NCBI RefSeq assembly: GCF_902713615.1
Contig: NC_052147.1
Coordinates: 167,070,410 to 167,134,409, forward strand
Length of the DNA: 64,000 bases
From: Scyliorhinus canicula
Lineage: Eukaryota
Reading direction: 5' to 3'
Shown here: positions 1 through 11,970 of the stretch, piece by piece
Layout: each line of letters opens with the position of its first letter
Numbering within the stretch: position 1 is the stretch's first letter
Translations under genes and position numbers: made by a program
The notes under the pieces: model-generated
Told to the model about the DNA's origin: nothing
Databases searched by the model: none
What the model saw: the letters and a program-made list of their open reading frames with translations, nothing else

Positions 1-220
1 ATCGACTCTGCACCGGCCCTTGGAAAGAGCACCCCACCCAAGCCCACACCTCCACCCTATCCCCGTAACCTAGTAACATCACCCACCCTTTTGGACACTA
101 AGGGAAATTTAGCATGGCCAATCCAGCTAACCTGCACATCTGTTAGGTGGATTGGCCATGATAAATTGCCCTTAGTGTCCAAAATTGCCCTTAGTGTTGG
201 GTGGGGTTACTGGGTTATGG
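1..220. mobile_element. Two oppositely oriented HE1/V-SINE fragments fused head-to-head
   Basis: 1-141 is the minus-strand SINE body and 142-220 is the same region on the plus strand. Confidence 0.75.
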
Positions 221-678
221 CAGAGGAGGGGGTCACTTCCGCCTCCACCATGGTGAAGACCATGGCGAAAATGAAAGAAAAAGAGTGCCCCCACAGCACA
301 GGCCGGCCCACCGATCGGTGGGCCCCGATTGCGGGCCAGGCCATCGCGGGGGCACCCCCCGGGGTCAGATTGCCCCGCGCCCCCCCCCCCCACCAGGACC
401 CGGAGCCCGCCCGCGCCGCCAATCCCTCCGGTCAGGTAGGTGGTTTAATCCACGCCGGCGGGAGAGGCCTGTCAGTGGCGGGACTTCGGCCCATCGCAGG
501 CCGGAGATTCGCCGCGGGGGGCCCGCCGACCGACGCGGCGTGATTCCACCCCCTGCCGAATCTCGGGGGGGGGGGGCGGAAAATTCGGGACACAGCAGGG
601 GCAGGATTGACGCCGGCCGGCGGGCCCCCCACGGCGATTCTCCGGCTCACAATGGGCCGAAGTCGGAGAATCCCGCCT
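221..678 (-). mobile_element. GC-rich Harbinger-type MITE, truncated
   Basis: Reverse-complement homologue of about 18759-19200; ends in the TIR GGAGAATCCCGCC. Confidence 0.75.
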
Positions 679-1050
679 ATCGTCTCTATTGTTGTTAGCA
701 CTATACTCCATATTCTTCACCCGATGTCTGTGTCTATATATTTACATTGTATATGTTATAATCCCCTTGGGAGTCAAGGACTGTGCTCCATTCGAATTCC
801 CGCTGACAAAGATGAGTATGTGCACCCTCACTAACAAGGGAAAACCACATAGTATAAAAAATCTGTCAGGAGGGTGACTCTTTGGGTGGAGGAGTTATGT
901 CTTTTGTAGTTTGGGGTACACCGAAGTAAATCTGTTATTCATTTCTACCCTACTGTGTGTTCCTGCCGTCTCTCCTGTTCGGGTCCTAAAGTGTATTTAT
1001 TGTGTACCCTCATGCATGGAACTACCTGCCTGGATTGTATGCAGAACAAT

Positions 1051-1942
1051 GGCCGGGATCATCCGAGTTCACGCCGGGTCGGAGAATCGGCGGTGATGTG
1101 GGAAATTCCGGCCATGCCGCAGCGACGCCGAGTTGCGATTTTCTGGTGACCGGAAGATCGGCGCCAGTCGCGCGCGTGCGGTCGACGGCCAAATTCCCGC
1201 CGAGTACCATCCGGCGGGAGCTCGGATCCAGGGCCATGGTGGCCATCCTGGTGGGGGGCGGTGGAGATCTGCCTCTGGGGGCAGCCTGCATGGCATCCAG
1301 GCTCGCGATCGGGGGCTACAGATCAGCGGGCGCCCGCGACCTGGAGGGGGCCTACCGCCTTCCACACGGGTCCGCTGTAGGTCTCCGCCGTGTTGCTTGG
1401 TGCTGGAGCGGAGACGGCCACCACGTGCATGCACCAGCATGGAGACGGCCATCACGCGTATGCGTAGACCGCACCGGCTGTGCAGGGCCGCCTTTTGGCG
1501 CCGGAGCAGCGCGCAGCACTCCACAGCCCACTTCCTGGCCACACCCCGCTACTCCACCCAGCCCTGGCAGAAGCCCCCTAGCCAGCGGCACAACTGTCAC
1601 TACATTATGACGATGGTGGACACTTCCCTCTCTCTCCCCCTCAGCAGCCATGAAGCCTATTTCTCGATTTTTATAAGCACACGTGAACAACACCATCAAG
1701 AATTCTCCAAGTGGAGGCGGAGAATCACGGAGGCCCCTGAGATTACTGGGTCAGGCCCGCTAATGATATGCAAATGGCATTTACTGTACGTGCAGAGTGG
1801 AATGCATTGATTCCGCTGTCGAGGTACCGGAGAATTGCGATTTGGCATGAACCTAGCGCCTGCCACAATTTCGGCATCACATCCAATTCTCCGCTCAAAC
1901 GCCTTTCCCGATTTTGGCGTCGGCCAATGGGGAATCCCGTCC
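1051..1942. mobile_element. GC-rich non-autonomous Harbinger-type element
   Basis: TIR-like ends (GGCCGGGATCATCC...GGGAATCCCGTCC). 1720-1870 is homologous to the subterminal region 48540-48700 of the Harbinger remnant. Confidence 0.65.
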
Positions 1943-1944
1943 TA

Positions 1945-3440
1945 TGTTCGCCCGACAGCGGAGAATTGCTACTGATTTACGTTTCCACCTAGGAGTTCAA
2001 ATTGGAAAGCAATTCCATATCCCTTGACATGAAAATTTATGCATGGCGAGGAATGCAAGGGATTTCTGTGGGAATCCAGCTATTGGGCCTACATTTCGGG
2101 CGGCCGACCACCACCCCGCTGCACCACAAAGCAGCCTCCTACCCCTGGATTGCTGGGTGCCCCCCTTCCCTCAAGTATGAAGGTGACATGACCCTCCCCC
2201 CAGGCAACCCTCTGAACAGGGAGACCCCCCCACCCCAGGGACCCCCCTTAAAATGGAGACACCCCCAGGGGATCCCCTTAATAGGGAACCCTCTCGGGAT
2301 CCATTAACAAAGAAACCCCCCACAGAAACCATCTAACTAGAGGGACCCTACAGAGACCCGCTAACTAAAGGGAGCCCCCTCACAGGGACCCCCTGACTAA
2401 AGGAACACAGACCCTCCAACCCCAATATAGGCCACTCTCATCCCCCGGAAAAGAGACCCCTGTCTAGATGCTAGAAAGCAGTCCATCCAGGGGCAATAAC
2501 AAAAATTTTAGCTGTAACACTTACCTGGAAGCTCCACTTGTCCATTCCTTGTAGGGGAAGAGCTATGGCCTGTGTTTCAACCCCTCATATCCATCAGCTG
2601 CGAGCCAGTCATTCATTTCTAGTAATGGGCTGCGATTGACAGCTTCCAGAAAACATCTGCAGCCTTGATGCATTTATCTCCCTTCATGGATGCATAACTC
2701 TAAGTGGTGAAACCCCAATGCGTACAAACATCATAGAAAGGTAAGTGCATTCCAATCACATGCTTAGGGGAAGATTCTGTGGAGGGGTCCCTGTGTGCCG
2801 TCCCTTTAATTAACCGGTATCTGTGGGGGCCTCTCTAGTTAGAGGGTCTTGCTTAGCCTCCCTCTATTTAGAGGATCTCTGGAGGTGGTTCTTTTAGTTA
2901 AGGGTTATCTGTGGGTGGTTCCTTCAGTTAGGGAGTCCCTGTTGGGCCATGTGGGTTAGTGAGTCACTGTGGGGGGTACCTTCAATTAGGAGGTCCCGGG
3001 AGAGATCTCCCTATTGCGGGTGTCCCTGAAGGGGATCTCTGCATTCAGGGGATTTCTTGGGGGGGTTTCTCCCATTTTGGGTGTCTCTGGGGGGGACGTG
3101 GTGGGGTCTGGTACAGGAGGAGGTAGTGCATTGTTGGAAACAAGGGTGGCCTTCGGATTGATTTTGGGGGCAATTCTGTAAAGGAGTTACCCCTTTGGCT
3201 ACTGCGAGGGCCCACCATGTCAGGTTCATGTTTGGTGAGACCTGTAGTAATTCCCGCCGGTATGATTCCCAGCGTAGGCGACTGGAAAATCAAGGAGGGG
3301 CAGAGATTAGGCTGCTGGGCCCGCTAAATTGATGCAAATGTGTTATTAAGAGCCCTTTGTATTCATTCACATCCTCCCACTGACTGCGGGCGCCGGAGCT
3401 GATCCTGATTTAGAGCTCCCAAATCTGGGAGCCCGCTACC
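1945..3440. mobile_element. Unclassified GC-rich element with mirror-image degenerate ~28-bp repeat arrays, probably Harbinger-related
   Basis: C-rich array at about 2150-2460, G-rich complementary array at about 2780-3100; shares the GGCCCGCTAA..ATGCAAAT motif. Confidence 0.45.
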
Positions 3441-5550
3441 AGCTCTCCCTCCAGAGACCTATGTACTTTTATATTTGTGGCTATCTTTCTCTAGTACTCT
3501 AGTTTTGTCCCACCTTATTCCTCTTTTAGTCCTCTTTTGATGTTTGTTATCTTCAGACCAATCTTCTGACCTCCCACCTGTCCTTGCACCATTATATGTT
3601 TTATTTTTCAGTCTGATATTATCTTTCATCTTTCTAGTTAAACACAAATAGATGGTCCATTCCTTGAACGTTTCCTTACACGTTAGAATGTATCTATTCT
3701 GTATGTTCTGAAATATTCCCTTAAACGTTTGCTACTGCATCCCTTTTGATCTATCCCTTCATCTCATTTGCCGATTCATTTTAACCAGCTCAGCTTTCAT
3801 ACCCTATGTGTTTAATTTTGAATGTATAGTCGCAGACCCCCTCCTCTCTTCCTCAAATTCTGTGAGCTAGCCTCTGATTTTAGTTTCTCTGCTGTTTGGC
3901 CTTTCACACCTTTTATTCTCTCTGGGGACTGCCATTAGCACTCTTCTCCCTCGGTTTCTGTGACTATGACTCATATTTAATTCCTGCACCCTACAGTATA
4001 AATATCTCCCACTTTCGTTGCCTTTTAGCGTTGACAAAAGATCATCTGGACTCAAAACATTAGTTCTTTTCTCTCGTTACAGATGCTGACAGACCTCCTG
4101 ACATTTTCTAGTACTTTCTCTTTTAGTTTCAGATTCCAGCATCCGCAGTAATTTTCTTTTATTTATTATTTCTCATCTCTGTACAGATCATTCCTACATC
4201 CAGGCTTCCTGAGCTTGGGTCATCCCTTTCTAATGTGTGAGCACCGTCATGAATTAGCACAGCCATCCCTCCACCATTTTCTTGTTTCCTGTCCTTCCTA
4301 AACTCACCAGGGTCAACAAGGTGAGAGTCTTGACAGTGGGGGTCATTGGTGAATGATTCAAAAAGGCTGGAAAGCTTATAAACAATTAATCTGCATAGCT
4401 GCTGCCATATCAATGGGTGTATGATAAGGTGAGGTGTCAGTGCTAATACAGGAGTGGGCCCTTTGCTTCATTTATCAACATTATCTGAACATTTGTAGGT
4501 TGAGTATGGCACAGGCTAGATACAGAATGAAGCTCCTTCTTCTGACATATTTCTGGCCTTTGTTTTCCTATAAACTTTTATTTGGCCACTCAGGTGGTGG
4601 TGTGGTGGGAATGTTGCTTGAGTAATCCAGAGGCCCAAGCAAATTCAAATCTCACTGCAACTGCTAGTTTATTAATTAATAAATCTGGATTTTGAAAAAT
4701 GATTGGCTTTTCGGCAAAAATAAATCTGGTTCACTAATGTTCTTCAGGGAAGGAAATCTCTTGTCCTTAATCAGTCCGGCTTCAATGCGCGTGCTGTCCC
4801 ACACAAATATGATTGATTCTTAAACTTCCTCTGAAATGGCCGAACAAGCCATTCAGATGCACCAAGCTGCTGCAGAAAGTCAAAGATGGAATAAACCCGG
4901 ACAGACCACTGGCATTGACCTAGGTGCCCAGTTAAACATGCAAAGTCTTCCTTACTAATACGTGGGGTCTTATGCCAAAATTCAGAGAGCTGTACCAAAG
5001 TCGGGTCAAACCTGACATCGTCGTACTGAATCACATTTGACAGTCGATGATTCAGACACCTCCATCGCCATCCCTGAGAGTTGGAAAGGGGTTGCCCTGG
5101 GAGTCCTCAGCATTTCCTCTTAACACAATGATATTGCATGGTACCAAGCCAAAGATGGGAAAGGAAACCTCTTGTTGATCATCACCTAGCACCCTCCCTC
5201 AGTTGATGAATCAATACTTCTCCATGTTGAACACTACTTTGAAGAAGGTTAATAAGAGCACAGAATATACTCAGGCTGAGAGGCAATATATTATGGCTGG
5301 CTTGGTAGCAACACGACTGACCAAACTGGTCAAGTCCTGAAGGACATACCTTCCAGACTACACCATGGGAGGTGGTGAGGCAACACTTAAAAGAAAAATA
5401 AACGATTTGAACTGGCCCTTACCAATCCACCTGTTACAGATGCACCCCTCCATGACAGTATTGGTAAGGGTGACTACCACACAGTCCTTGTGGTGGAATA
5501 CAGATTCACACTGCCTGAAACAAATAAATGCAAGCAGTTCTCCAGAGTAG

Positions 5551-5905
5551 ATCATAGAATTTACAGTGTAGAAGGAGGCCATTCGGCCCATCGAGTCTGC
5601 ACCGGCTCTTGGAAAGAGCACCCTACCCAAGGTCAACACCTCCCCCTATCCCAATAACCCAGTAACCCAACCCAACACTAAGGGCAATTTTGGACACTAA
5701 GGGCAATTTATCATGGCCAATCCACCAACCTGCATATCTTTGGACTGTGGGAGGAAACCGGAGCACCCGGAGGAAACCCACGCACACACGGGGAGGATGT
5801 GCAGACTCCGCACAGACAGTGACCCAAGCCGGAATCGAACCTGGGGCTCTGGAGCTGTGAAGCCGTTGTGCTATCCACAATGCTACAATGCTACTATGCT
5901 GCCCA
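5551..5905 (-). mobile_element. HE1/V-SINE-like tRNA-derived SINE, full length, CR1-type tail
   Basis: tRNA-like head with A/B boxes, V-domain TGCACATCTTTGGACTGTGGGAGGAAACCGGAG, (TTCTATG)-type tail; nearly identical to 56656-57010. Confidence 0.85.
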
Positions 5906-7448
5906 GTAGGTAGAAGAAAAAATGTGAACATTAGAATGAAGTATGCGCAAGAGGCCAATATTAGATAAGAACAAGATCTTCGGTAATTGTTAGGTTTTAG
6001 GAGATTACAGAGATATAAGGTAATAGCATATTATTTAGGTGCTTAAGTGTATTCAGGTAGTGGGCAATAACTGGCAAATGATCTACTTTCACATTTATTA
6101 GGAGAATTTGAAACTTAGTTGGTGCGCAGGTGCACGGTATGTAATGTAACAACACAAGAATATAAGAAATATTAGCAGGAGTCGGCCACACAGTCCCTCG
6201 TGTCTGCTACAGCATTTAATCAGATTTGATTATGGCCTTAACTCCACTTTCCTGCTTCCACACCTATAATCCCCTTGTCGATCAAAGGACTATGTTTCAT
6301 CAAATAAAAGCTGAGAAATGTATGAATATCGGTCTCCAGTTCAATCCTTCACTGCCTGGCTACCTGAGTTGTGACATATGAACATATGAACATAGGAATT
6401 AGGAGCAGGAGTAGGCAACTCGGCCCCTCGAGCCTGTTCCACCATTCAATAAGATCATGTCTGATCTGATTGTAACCTCAACCCTCATTCCCACCAAACG
6501 CTATTAATCTTTCTCCCTCTTGTTTATCAAAAATCTATCGACAGATGCGTTAAAAACTATTAATGGAGTCTTCTTCTGGTGCCTCTGGAACAAGAGAGCT
6601 CCAAATAGGATTCACGACCCTCTGAGAGAAAATAAATTCTTCTCATCCTAATTTAAAAGGGTGACATCTAACATCGGGGAAAAGATATGGAGGAATATAA
6701 AAACAGAGAGGAGAATTTTGAAATGGAGCTGTTGCTAAGAAAAGAAGCCAATGCAGGAATTGGTTATAAGGCTATAAAATTTAGGAGCAGAAACAGGCCA
6801 TTCAGCCCATCGAATCTGCTCTTACATTCACTGAGATCATGACTGATCTGACATGATAATTTTCAACTCCACTTTCCTGCCTTAACCCCATAACCCTTTG
6901 ATTCCCTTGCTGATTATAAACCATAAGATGGAGGAGCAGAAGTAGGCCATTTAACCCATTGATGGGTGAACAGAACTTGCTGTGAGTTAGGAATTTAGAA
7001 GAGTTGAAGTTTCCGACTGGAACCTGGGTGGCCACGCTTGAGTGCATTGGAACAGTTAAACAGCATTAACAAACAGAGCAAGTAGAGAGTTTGAAAGAGG
7101 TGGTGATCAGTACCAATGTAATAATCTGCTGATTATGCAGCCCCAAAACATCAAAGTATTTGTATAGATGTAAAGCTTTGCCAAAGTGACAAGCATTCAC
7201 CTATTTTATACCTGTAAGCAGAATAAATAATAAACAAATAACGATGTCCAGTTTATAACAACACTGCAGAGTTCACAGTTGAAAGTCTTTGTCTGTTCCA
7301 CTTTGAGAATAGCTCTAGTCTCATTCTTTGTTTTCCTTTTTAACTACAGGACAATCAAAATGACATGAAAGCAAAACAAGAAGAACCAATCACAATCTAC
7401 TGCTCTGAATAATGGTGTATTCTGTGACACATTTCAATTCTTGGTCTG

Positions 7449-7520
7449 TTTTTGATGATGTGCGCTTGAGATTGTTTGAAATAACAAAGGTCTCTCACAA
7501 TGGCCTCTCAAACATATAAA
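7449..7520 (+). promoter_or_regulatory. Gene 1 core promoter: TATAAA (7515-7520), Sox-like AACAAAG (7483-7489), degenerate Maf half-site (TTTTTGATGA)
   Basis: Same motif order and spacing as in the gene 2 and gene 3 promoters. Sox and Maf control of gamma-crystallin promoters is established in other vertebrates. Confidence 0.65.
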
Positions 7521-7579
7521 TACTGAACACCCAGAGCAATAATGTGTCAGTCTCTTGCTTTTCCAACAGTGAGCTCAAA

Positions 7580-10500
7580 ATGGGAAAGGTAAGGTTAACT
7601 GTCATATTTTCACCTTATCAATAATTGGTTGGAAAATACAAATATTTCATTTCATCTTCTTTCCTCACAGGTCACCTTTTACGAGGACAGGAACTTCCAG
7701 GGTCGGCACTATGAGTGCAGCAGTGACTGTGCTGACCTGTCCCCTTACTTCAGCCGCTGTAACTCCATCCGTGTTGAGAGTGACTGGTGGGTGATGTATG
7801 AGAAACCCAATTACATGGGATACCAGTATGTTCTGAGCAGGGGAGAATATCCTGACTACCAGCGCTGGATGGGATTCAATGACAATATCAGGTCATGTCG
7901 CTCCTACCCACACGTGAGTAATACAATCTTGATAGGCATCAATGAACTCGTCAACTGATTTATATTGTAATCCTCTGTTTATCGATTTCTTTAATAAATT
8001 AAAAAATCCGACGGTTTCCTATTACCACTTTCCTTTAATGTATTTCCTTCATGATTAATACTAATATTAATCTGAAGTCTAAATTGTAAACTGCAATTGG
8101 TTGGCCTACGCTGTAACATTCAGGATTTTCCTCAGCTCTGATTGACCCCTAACAAAAATCCTGAATGTTACAGCATAGGTCAACGATTGCAGTTTACAAT
8201 TTAGATTTCAGATTAAAATTTGAAAATTCCGGAAGTGCTGAATACACCACTGGCTTTGAAGGTTGAATTTCCATTAATCTACCACAGAAGTTACACTGAT
8301 AAATCTGTTCAACCGCTGAATAAATTCCCAGTGTTTGGAAAGGAAAGAATGTTAATAAAGAAAGTGCTCAAGAGTTGGGAGAATTATAGTTTGAATTAGT
8401 GCAGCGACAAACATATTTATAGATATGGCCAACGCCACTTGATGAATAACTCCATCAGGAAGCAGAGCACAGTAAAAGTCCCCAGACCTTTTTCCATTCC
8501 TTTCCAATTGATGTACCCAAGAGTAATCAAAGTGATTTCTTAGGAAAATATTGACAGAAATAACAGATGAAAATGCATAGTTGATTAATAATTGAGAGTT
8601 GGGTTTCAAAGTTGGTACCCCTCACAAGGGTCATGAGGTATCACTCATTGATCACACTGTGGGCCTGTTGAGTACGAGGCGCAAACTCGTCCAACTGGGA
8701 CTCATTATTGAAGGTTTTAAATGCTGTTCAACACCCTGACTAGGAGTTCCTGTTACTCCCAGGCTGGGACACTGGTGTTTTATGCCACGGGTGCAGCTTT
8801 ACTTGTGAGTTGAAATAAATTTGATTTAACCTTTATCTTCGTGCCTCCTGGATTACCACATTAAGTAATAGCTTTATTGTCCATTAGTACATGACATAAC
8901 CCTACCTTCCACTGCATCACCAGGAGACACTTTGGATTGCTTTTGTAATGAACACATCTTTTACGTAACTGTATCATCACCCTGACTATGGCTGGGAGAC
9001 TGTCGAGGAGGAATTGGCATACCATGCTTGAGGAACAGATACAATAAGTACAGAATATCTATTTATGGTGGGTAGGAATGTTTAGATGACATTGTGCGAA
9101 GAAGAGCTGAACATTTTGGGAGTAAAATTAAGAAGCACTTCCCCATGCAGAGAGTGGTAGAAGTTTGGAACTCTCTCTGCAGAAGGCAATGAATGCTGGC
9201 TAGATCGTGAATTTTGTTGACCAAAGTTATTAAAGGATATCTAGTAAAGGAATGTATATGTCGTTAGGTCAGAGATCAGCATATTGAATTGTGAAACAGG
9301 ATTGTTATGACTCTCATGAGATCTATGGGGATGACCCGAGTGATCTGCCTATGGGTCTCATGGGAATGGAAGCCCTCCCACTGATGGGCAGAGGCCTAGC
9401 AGCTGAAGGTCATGGAATCGACCCTTAAAAGCCGTCCCAGATTGGGACCAGCATAATCGGTAGCCATGGTTGGGACCTACGTGCTGTACGCTTCATTGTG
9501 GCCTTTTCCTTTGATTGGAAATAACCCTCCATTTTGAATCACCTTCTCTGGTCTCCTGAGCTTTTATGTTTTTTATTTATTTATTTACTTATTTTTTAAA
9601 ATTTAGAGTACCCAATTAATGTTTTCCAATTATGGGGCACTTTAGTGTGGCCAATCCACCTAGCCTGCACATCTTTGGGTTGTGAGGCGAAACCCACGCA
9701 AACACGGGGAGAATGTGCAAACTCCACATGGACAGCGGCCCAGAGCTGGGATCGAACCTGGGACCTCGGCGCCGTGAGGCAGCAGGGCTAACACACTGTG
9801 CTACCTTGCTGCCCTCCTGAGCTTTTATAAGGCTCAAGGGGTTAAAGGGCCCATTCATGTTCCCATGTTCCCAGCAAATGTATGTACCCCACTGAATGCC
9901 AAATCAGTATTCAAAGATTGAATTCTCATTTCCATTCAACCAGGGAAGCCTAGAGTGCGACTTCAATCGAAAACCATCAGTTCATAACGTTTAGCAGGAA
10001 TAGTTTTTATTGAATATTTGGTGATAGATTGCTGGATATCTGATAGCCAAACAAAAACATGTTGGAAATACACATTCATTCTGTCAACATCCATTAACAG
10101 AAAAGGTTGACTCATGTTTTGATGGAGAATTTTCACCAAAGCTGCTGTGGGTTACCTGATAACAAAATCAACCCCTTTGCAATAATCTTTTGAGTGTTGA
10201 ATAGATATATTTATACTTGTCTGTCAAATGTTTGATTTTTTCTATGAAGAATATAGGAAATAAGAGCAGGAGTAGGCTATTCGGCCCCTCAAGCCTGCTC
10301 CACCATTCAGTTAAATCATTGCTGATGTACCTCAAAGCCAGTTTCCTGCACTATCCCTGTATCTCATTATATATTTAAATGTATCAATCTCAGTAATGAA
10401 CATACTCTGACTCTGCCTCTACAGCCCTCTAGGGTAGAAAATTCTAACGATTCATCACCCTCAGACTGAAGAAATTCCTCCTTGCCTCAGAGCTAAATTA

Positions 10501-11916
10501 CCTTCTCTTATTTTGAGACTGTGTCCCCTGGTTCTAAACTCTTCCCCAACCCCCCACCGGCCGCCATCATGCCAGCTACCACCCCTCCAGCCAGGAGAAA
10601 CAGTTTCTCTCTCCTGCTAGTCTCTTGATTCACTGGCATTTTTGGAAGGACTGTTGTATCTACTCTAGTGATGGGTAAACAAATATTTGTTTACGTTTCT
10701 TTGCCATTTGTGTACTTGCCAGTACAAATTCACCATTCTCTGCCGATAGTGAGCCTATATTTACCTTTGCTAATCTTTTCCTAGTTACATACTTAAAGAA
10801 GGTTTAGCAGGTCATTTTTATGTATCTCGCTTGTATACTCTCATTGTATTTTTATTTTGCTTGGTACTCCTCTATTGAATTCTAAAAAACTCCCAATCCT
10901 CAGGCTTACTACTATTTTGAGGGCAATTTTATAAAACTCTTCCTTTGATCTAATAACATCTTTAACTTCTCTGATTAGTCACAGTTGGCTCACTTTAACT
11001 GTTGGGTTTTGTGCTTCAAAGTGGTGTAAATTTGTTGTCAAACATGGATTAATTAATTAAATGGCATCCATTGCATGACTACCATGCAATTAAATACAGT
11101 TTCCTGATGTACCATAAGCAACTTGCCCCTTGTACTTTAGCAGTTTTCTTTGTTTACATTTAAGACATTAGTTTCAGATTGAACTACATCGCTTTCAAAC
11201 TTCCTGTAAAATTCCCTCATGTAAAATTCTTCCTTAAAGAATCCTTTGCAACAAGATTATTAATTAACCCTTTCTCGTTGCACAAAACTAGATCTATAAT
11301 AGCCCATCCCTAGGTTGTTCCTCAACAGACTGTTCTGGAAAACCACCTTGCATACATTCCAGTAATTCATCCTCCACAGCATTTTTGCTAATTAGATTAA
11401 CTCACTCTACATGTAAATTGAAATACCCCATGATTACTGTATTACCCCTGTTACATGGAACTCTAATTTCCTGATTTATACTGTGCCCTACATTACCACT
11501 ATTGTTTGGTGGCCAATAGATAACTCCCACCAATGTTTGCTGCCGCTTGCTGTTTCTTAGTTTCACCCTAACGTATTCTACATCTACATCTTCCGATTTA
11601 AGATCCTCTCCTACTAATCTACTGATCTATCTGATTACAGTACCAAGGTGGAAACTACAGAATGAGGATTTACGAGAGGCCTGACTTTGGAGGACAGATG
11701 ATGGAATTCATGGATGACTGTCCATCTGTCCAGGATCGTTTCCGTTACCGTGACATCCACTCTTGCCATGTGATGGATGGTTACTGGACCTTCTATGAAC
11801 ATCCCAACTACAGAGGCCGACAGTACTTCATGAGACCCGGTGAATACAAGAGATACAGTGACTGGGGCGGTTACAACTCAACTATCGGATCTTTCAGACG
11901 CATGAGGGATTTCTAA
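7580..11916 (+). CDS. cryg: Gamma-crystallin gene 1 (shark gamma-crystallin S-1/gammaM-like), join(7580..7588,7671..7913,11641..11916), 175 aa
   Basis: ATGGGAAAG|GT exon 1; ...cctcacag|[16 protein letters not shown]...YPH|GT exon 2; ...gattacag|[18 protein letters not shown]...RRMRDF* exon 3. Four Greek-key motifs, canonical GT-AG phase-0 introns, gamma-crystallin exon sizes. Symbol is family-level only. Confidence 0.95.
8067..8216. repeat. Near-perfect inverted repeat (63/62-bp arms, 25-nt loop) in gene 1 intron 2
   Basis: 8067-8129 is the reverse complement of 8155-8216, with three substitutions and one small internal mismatch/bulge. Confidence 0.9.
9303..9830 (+). mobile_element. Probable solo LTR in gene 1 intron 2, interrupted by a SINE
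   Basis: Starts TGTTATGA and interrupts a CR1 3' end (GAAACAGG..CTCAAGGGG). Confidence 0.45.
9568..9814 (-). mobile_element. V-SINE with A-rich tail and 15-bp TSD
   Basis: CTCCTGAGCTTTTAT at 9553-9567 and 9814-9828. Confidence 0.85.
10250..11630 (-). mobile_element. Degraded CR1 LINE fragments (3' end and endonuclease region) in gene 1 intron 2
   Basis: Minus strand reads like the CR1 ORF2 endonuclease ([32 protein letters not shown]); same family as 61200-61580. Confidence 0.75.
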
Positions 11917-11964
11917 TTGCTTGTTGAAACCTGGATTTTGTCATGCTGAAATATTCTGAAACAT

Positions 11965-11970
11965 AATAAA
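11965..11970 (+). terminator. Polyadenylation signal, gene 1
   Basis: AATAAA about 50 nt after the stop, in a 3'UTR block conserved in all three genes. Confidence 0.8.

Noticed and set aside
91-1810. Many overlapping 100-225 aa ORFs (also at 18513-19514, 23825-24297 and 37586-38117)
   Set aside because: They lie in GC-rich MITEs where stop codons are rare, occur in all frames and show no recognisable domain.
2150-3100. CRISPR-like array
   Set aside because: Repeats are degenerate with no unique spacers, and the context is eukaryotic.
7629-7670. ORF-track starts for the crystallins (MENT..., MNVI..., MPFY..., MNGI...)
   Set aside because: These are intronic read-through; the true starts are the 9-nt MGK exons.
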